Assembly (NCBI GenBank): GCA_963792965.1
Contig: CAWBYW010000013.1
Coordinates: 32,001-96,000, forward strand
DNA length: 64,000 nucleotides
Origin: an uncultured delta proteobacterium
Lineage (GTDB): Bacteria > Desulfobacterota > Zymogenia > Zymogenales > Zymogenaceae
Reading direction: 5' to 3'
Shown here one piece after another: positions 59,506 through 64,000 of the stretch; the stretch's first letter is position 1, and each line of letters begins with the position of its first letter. Position numbers and translations under genes: made by a program. The notes under the pieces were generated by a model. It did not search any database. It was not told where the DNA came from and saw only the letters and a list, made by a program, of their open reading frames with translations.

Positions 59506-60087
59506 CTACTCGGCCTTGAGCGGGATGAGCTGGAAGCTGTCTATGACTTGCTCGTAGACGGGCCCCCAGGTATCGAATTGCCTGTAGGCGCCGGCGAGTC
59601 CGATGGTGTAGACGCCTTTGTTGCCGAAGAGCCTGATGATCCAGCGGTGGATCTGTTCGGGATCGGATTTGTCGGTCTCCTTGTACCAATAGCCGTAGCC
59701 GTTCTTGATCGTAAGATCCGTGAGGTCTTTTATCTTTGCATTGGGTGCCTTGACGGCGTCCACGTCGGTTTTCCGGTTGATCTGAAAGAGCTGGGAGGAG
59801 CCGGGCGTGTCCATGGAGACCCAGTTGACGGAGATAGTCAACGCCGGTTCTTTGGAGCCGCCTGTCCCGGCCGGGGTCCCGGGCGCACCGCCGACCGATG
59901 CGGGCCGGTAGCTCCATGTGGCGGTGCTGTCGATCTTCCCTCCTTCGAGCGTAAACTCCTTGGGGAGTTGGAAGGCGTAGCCGAACTTGTCGACCGAGAT
60001 GTCGACGAATTCACCGCTCTGGGCGGCGGCTAGTGCGACACACACGATAAGGACTATGACGGTAAATGCCGTAATCTTCTTAAACAT
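59506..60087 (-). CDS. Exported hypothetical protein
   Basis: Signal peptide MFKKITAFTVIVLIVCVALAAA; GAGG RBS. Confidence 0.7.
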   Translation of the reverse strand: MFKKITAFTVIVLIVCVALAAAQSGEFVDISVDKFGYAFQLPKEFTLEGGKIDSTATWSYRPASVGGAPGTPAGTGGSKEPALTISVNWVSMDTPGSSQLFQINRKTDVDAVKAPNAKIKDLTDLTIKNGYGYWYKETDKSDPEQIHRWIIRLFGNKGVYTIGLAGAYRQFDTWGPVYEQVIDSFQLIPLKAE

Positions 60088-60317
60088 AGAAACCTCTTAG
60101 AATGGATGAGGGGTTCATAATAAGACACTATATCATGCACTGACGGACAGCGCAATCGCCCCAGTAGTTCTTGATATGGCGCACGAAGGAACAGGACGGT
60201 GGCACAAGAATTACGACCGGGTCGACGGAGCGCCGTAAGGTCGCCTGCGGCACGTTTTTTGGCTCTTTTTTCATCATTTATGCTATGATGAAAAACAAGA
60301 GCCGAGAAGGAGAAAGA

Positions 60318-62486
60318 ATGCCCGACCTGAAACGGATCAGTGAATTTCGTATTAAACTCAGCAGCCTCCTCATTGACGGGATCCTGAAATTATCGCGGGC
60401 GCACGTGGTCGTGAACGATCTCGAAAGGGTTGGGGACCGATCGGTCATCTACGTCTCGAACCACTTTACCCGGACCGAAACGCTGCTGTTACCCTATATC
60501 ATCTATAAACACAAGAAGATCGCCCCCCGGATCCTCACGGCCCAGTACGTCTTTGAGGCGATCGGGACAAGGCTCATCGAGGGGGTCGGATCGGTGCCGA
60601 TAACGCTCCCGGATCTGGATGATATCGCCGCCAAGAGCCTGATTTCCGGCGAGAGCTGGGTGATCTTTCCCGGGGGCACGCTGACCCGCGGGGCGGTCGA
60701 CGGCCGCGCGGTACCTGACGAGGCGGCTTCCTCCGATACCCCTCAGACGAAGGCCTCCACCATCGGCCTCAAGGCCCAGATGGCCGCCAAGATCATGAAC
60801 GATTTCATCGTCGAGTACCACCTTACGCGGGTCTTCGGTCTGGACAGCCTCTCGTCGCTCGAGGTGACGATCGTCCCGGTAAACATCACCTACTGGCCCG
60901 TCCGCTACGCCAACACCTTTTTGACCAGGGCCATCAGGAGAGGACTGGGGCGACTCGAGAAGGGGAAACTGCCCGGCGGATACGAAGAGCGGCTCGGGCT
61001 GGAGAGCTCGGTCCTGTCCCGGGGCGCGGAGATCACCATTAATTTCGGAAATCCCAAGAAGGTCTCCCAGTACTCGACCTGGCTCGCTGAAAAGGAAGCA
61101 TACCCCACCGAGAGGAACGTGGAAAATCCCCTCTTTTCCGATGCGGTCGAAGGGATGACGAGTGACTATATGGCCGACATCTACCGGCTGACCACTATAA
61201 ATCCCGATCACCTGCTTGCCCACTTGCTGACGACGATGGTGAAAAGGAATATCCTCTCCGAGCCGTGGGATAATACAAAGCGGCGCGTCTACCTGGCCGC
61301 CCTCGCCATGCGCGGGCTTGCGAACCACCGCTTCCATGAGGTTATCGACGAGCGCCCCGAGTCGCTGATCACGCTGGGGGAAACGCACCTCGAACATTTC
61401 GTGGAGATGGACAGGCGCAGCACGTCCATGGAGATAAGGGACGGCAGGATTCAACTCAACAAGAAGGAATTCAGGTGGCATGACTACTGGCGCGGGGCGC
61501 GGATCCTCAATACGATCGAGGTGATCGACAACGAGATACGACCCCTCACGGACGTGACAGAGTATATCGATGGAACGCTCGACGCGGACACCATTGACCT
61601 TACCGACAGGACGACCCGGGCCCTCGTCGCCGGGGAAGAGGAGCGCTTCGTGATGGACTGGGCGCAGTTCTATACGAAGGGGGAATCCAAGGATAAGAAA
61701 TTCGGGATGCCCAGACTCCACGTTGGAGATAAAAAGGTGGGGGTCCTCCTCGTCCACGGCTATATGGCCTCCCCCGAGGAGATGCGGCCCCTCTTCGAAT
61801 ACCTCACCGCCCAGGGCCTCACCGTCTATGCGGTGAGGCTTCGCGGCCACGGGACCTCTCCCTACGACCTTATGGTCAGAGACTGGGAAGACTGGTTTTA
61901 CACGGCACGGATCGGCTACACGATCCTCTCGACGTTAGTCGATCGGATCTACATCTGCGGATTTTCGATGGGCGGCGCGCTCTCGTGGCACTTGGCGGCC
62001 CTCAATCCGCCGAAGCTTGCCGGCATCGTGTCAATATCTGCGGCCATGCTCCTGGTCAGCCGGGCGTCTTTTCTGGCGCCGTTTATCGATTTTGCCGACG
62101 GCGTCATGAGGCTTATCGGGGCCAAAAAGACTCCGGTCGAGTTCATCCCGAATCATCCCGAAAACCCCCACATCAACTACTTCAAGAACCCCGTACATGG
62201 GGTCGATCAGCTCCTGGAGCTGGTCGACGTGGTAAGAAAGGAGCTTAGGCGCGTTACGGTGCCCGCCCTCATCATACAGGGCGGCAAGGATCCCACCGTT
62301 GACCCGGAGAGCGCCGAGGAGTATTACGAGTCGATCGCCTCCAAAACGAAAGGTCTTGTCTGGGTGGACAGTCCCTATCATGGCATCGTCTATCGCGGCA
62401 GCGACGTGATATTTGAGCGAATCCACGAATTCATCAAGGACCCCAAAAAGGGTGTTTACCCCTCTCACCACTGGATCTCGCTGTAG
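60318..62486 (+). CDS. PlsC/GPAT-like acyltransferase fused to an alpha/beta hydrolase
   Basis: SNHFTRTE, IFPGG, IVPVNITY; C-terminal LLVHG, GHGT, GFSMGG, DPTV and catalytic His. Confidence 0.85.
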   Translation: MPDLKRISEFRIKLSSLLIDGILKLSRAHVVVNDLERVGDRSVIYVSNHFTRTETLLLPYIIYKHKKIAPRILTAQYVFEAIGTRLIEGVGSVPITLPDLDDIAAKSLISGESWVIFPGGTLTRGAVDGRAVPDEAASSDTPQTKASTIGLKAQMAAKIMNDFIVEYHLTRVFGLDSLSSLEVTIVPVNITYWPVRYANTFLTRAIRRGLGRLEKGKLPGGYEERLGLESSVLSRGAEITINFGNPKKVSQYSTWLAEKEAYPTERNVENPLFSDAVEGMTSDYMADIYRLTTINPDHLLAHLLTTMVKRNILSEPWDNTKRRVYLAALAMRGLANHRFHEVIDERPESLITLGETHLEHFVEMDRRSTSMEIRDGRIQLNKKEFRWHDYWRGARILNTIEVIDNEIRPLTDVTEYIDGTLDADTIDLTDRTTRALVAGEEERFVMDWAQFYTKGESKDKKFGMPRLHVGDKKVGVLLVHGYMASPEEMRPLFEYLTAQGLTVYAVRLRGHGTSPYDLMVRDWEDWFYTARIGYTILSTLVDRIYICGFSMGGALSWHLAALNPPKLAGIVSISAAMLLVSRASFLAPFIDFADGVMRLIGAKKTPVEFIPNHPENPHINYFKNPVHGVDQLLELVDVVRKELRRVTVPALIIQGGKDPTVDPESAEEYYESIASKTKGLVWVDSPYHGIVYRGSDVIFERIHEFIKDPKKGVYPSHHWISL

Positions 62487-62666
62487 CGGGAGTTTGGCCG
62501 GAAAACCCCGGCCGGCGGATTTGTTGCCCGGACCTTCTCCCGCGCGCCGCGGCGGACGATCATCCTTTGGGAGTCGTTTCGCTTTTTTGCCGGATGCGAG
62601 CGTGGGGGCGACGGCCTCCAAGAGCTATGCTATAATGAGTCATGGAATCAATACGGGTGACGTACC

Positions 62667-64000
62667 ATGCCCGATCTTCACCCCATCAACTCGTTCAGGG
62701 TCGGCGCCCTGGGCCTCTTGCTCGATGCGCTGCTGACGATCCTCGGCGTCAGAATCAGTGTCAACGGGATCGATCGTGTCCCGAGGCAATCGGTTATCTT
62801 CGCATCGAACCACTTCACGCGTCTGGAGACGATTCTCCTGCCCCGTATCATCAAGAGGCGGCTCGGCGTCGTCCCCCGATCGCTCACGGACCGCTTCGTC
62901 TTCGAGGCCCTTCCCAAGGAGTTCATGGAGAGCGTCGGCTCCGTTCCGACGAATATACCCGATCGTGACAGCGTCGCGGTAAAAAGCCTGCTGGCCGGGG
63001 AGACCTGGATCATCTTCCCTGAAGGGAGGATGGTTAAGGACAAGAAAGTGGTAAGCGCCCGCCGCTTCATCGTCCATGAGGATGAGCAGACGAGGCCGCC
63101 GCACACGGGGACCGCGGCCATCGCCCTTAAGGCGCAGCTTGCGGCGGGCATGATGAGCGAATTTGCGGAGAAGTACCATATCTCCAAGATATTCGGCTTC
63201 GAGCACCTCGGCCCCCTGGATATCAAAATCGTCCCCGTCAACATCACCTATTATCCCGAGCGTTTTTTCCGGACTTCCTTTACCAATTTCATTGAACGGG
63301 CCACGCATCTTTTCAGCAAGGAAGCAGTCACGAAAAGGTTCGAGGAGGAGCTCCGGGTGGAGAGCTCGTTTTTGAGACGCGGGGTGGAGATCATCGTCAA
63401 TTTCGGGAACCCGAGGGGGATTGCACCGTACGCCGCCTGGCTCGACCAAAAGACCGTCAACCCCGTCTTTCGGGAAGAGACGGTGCAGGCCTTTTCCCGC
63501 TCCATACGTGCGATCACCAATGACTATATGAGGGAGATCTATCGGCTGACCACCGTAAATCCCGATCATCTGATGGCCCGGCTCCTTTTTTCGATGGTTG
63601 CGCGGCACCGCTATTCGGACGAGTGGGACGACGTAAAGCGCCGCGTCTTTCTTGCGGCGCTCGCTGTAAGAGACCTTGGAGGCGTCACCTCTCACAAGAC
63701 AATCTCCGACAACCCCCACGCGCTCATCGTCTGGGGAGAGCGCACCTTCGACGGTTTCCTTGACATGGGCATCCGCCAGGGGCTCCTGGAAAGACGGGAC
63801 GGCCGTGTTTTCATCAGCGAGGAGGAATTCAAGCGTCCCCACGAGTTTCATCGCATCAGGATCGCCAATACCATCGAGGTAATTAAGAACGAGATCGAGC
63901 CGCTCCCCGAGGTGGCCGGATCGGTGGACGAAACGCTAAAAATCGGGGCAAAGCTGCTCAAAGAGCGCACGACGCAAGCGCTGATCTCGATCGATCGGGA
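62667..64000 (+). CDS. Paralogous acyltransferase(-hydrolase) protein; runs off the window edge
   Basis: MPDLHPI..., SNHFTRLE, IFPEGRMVKD, IVPVNITY, LTTVNPDHL; colinear with the upstream gene; absent from the ORF track because no stop occurs in the window. Confidence 0.85.
   Translation, partial: MPDLHPINSFRVGALGLLLDALLTILGVRISVNGIDRVPRQSVIFASNHFTRLETILLPRIIKRRLGVVPRSLTDRFVFEALPKEFMESVGSVPTNIPDRDSVAVKSLLAGETWIIFPEGRMVKDKKVVSARRFIVHEDEQTRPPHTGTAAIALKAQLAAGMMSEFAEKYHISKIFGFEHLGPLDIKIVPVNITYYPERFFRTSFTNFIERATHLFSKEAVTKRFEEELRVESSFLRRGVEIIVNFGNPRGIAPYAAWLDQKTVNPVFREETVQAFSRSIRAITNDYMREIYRLTTVNPDHLMARLLFSMVARHRYSDEWDDVKRRVFLAALAVRDLGGVTSHKTISDNPHALIVWGERTFDGFLDMGIRQGLLERRDGRVFISEEEFKRPHEFHRIRIANTIEVIKNEIEPLPEVAGSVDETLKIGAKLLKERTTQALISIDR

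Noticed and set aside
1157-63851. Long antisense ORFs (e.g. 1157..2266, 8697..9779, 43113..44495, 56361..57626, 60489..61850, 62640..63851)
   Set aside because: Shadow frames of GC-rich real genes on the opposite strand, with no motifs of their own.
1-64000. CRISPR array, rRNA, tRNA, transposase, integrase or prophage genes
   Set aside because: No regularly spaced repeats, cloverleaf signatures or recombinase/phage motifs were seen by eye.

Overview
GC-rich (roughly 60% by eye) chromosomal window from an anaerobic, probably Desulfobacterota/Deltaproteobacteria-like bacterium (inferred from gene content). Many ordinary genes carry single-base indels, most likely long-read assembly errors. It holds about 55 housekeeping and metabolic genes: a glutamate-synthase-like gene divergent from nrpR, acyl-CoA dehydrogenases, a 2-oxoacid:ferredoxin oxidoreductase, a gamma carbonic anhydrase, tex, a ThDP enzyme/aldehyde dehydrogenase/dehydratase cluster, a 13-kb redox and Fe-S cluster, corA, a sulfatase, a LarA-family protein, a flippase and tandem acyltransferase-hydrolase fusions. 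No rRNA, tRNA, CRISPR array or transposase was seen. Best leads: (1) a ~310-nt extensively base-paired intergenic element at 48455-48765, followed by a terminator, that I cannot assign to a known ncRNA family; (2) a selenocysteine glutaredoxin (UPYC) with a good SECIS hairpin that the ORF track misses; (3) an AT-rich nucleotide-cyclase-like gene bracketed by inverted REP-like repeats; (4) candidate bacterial NrpR operators and a Bacillus FadR-like operator.
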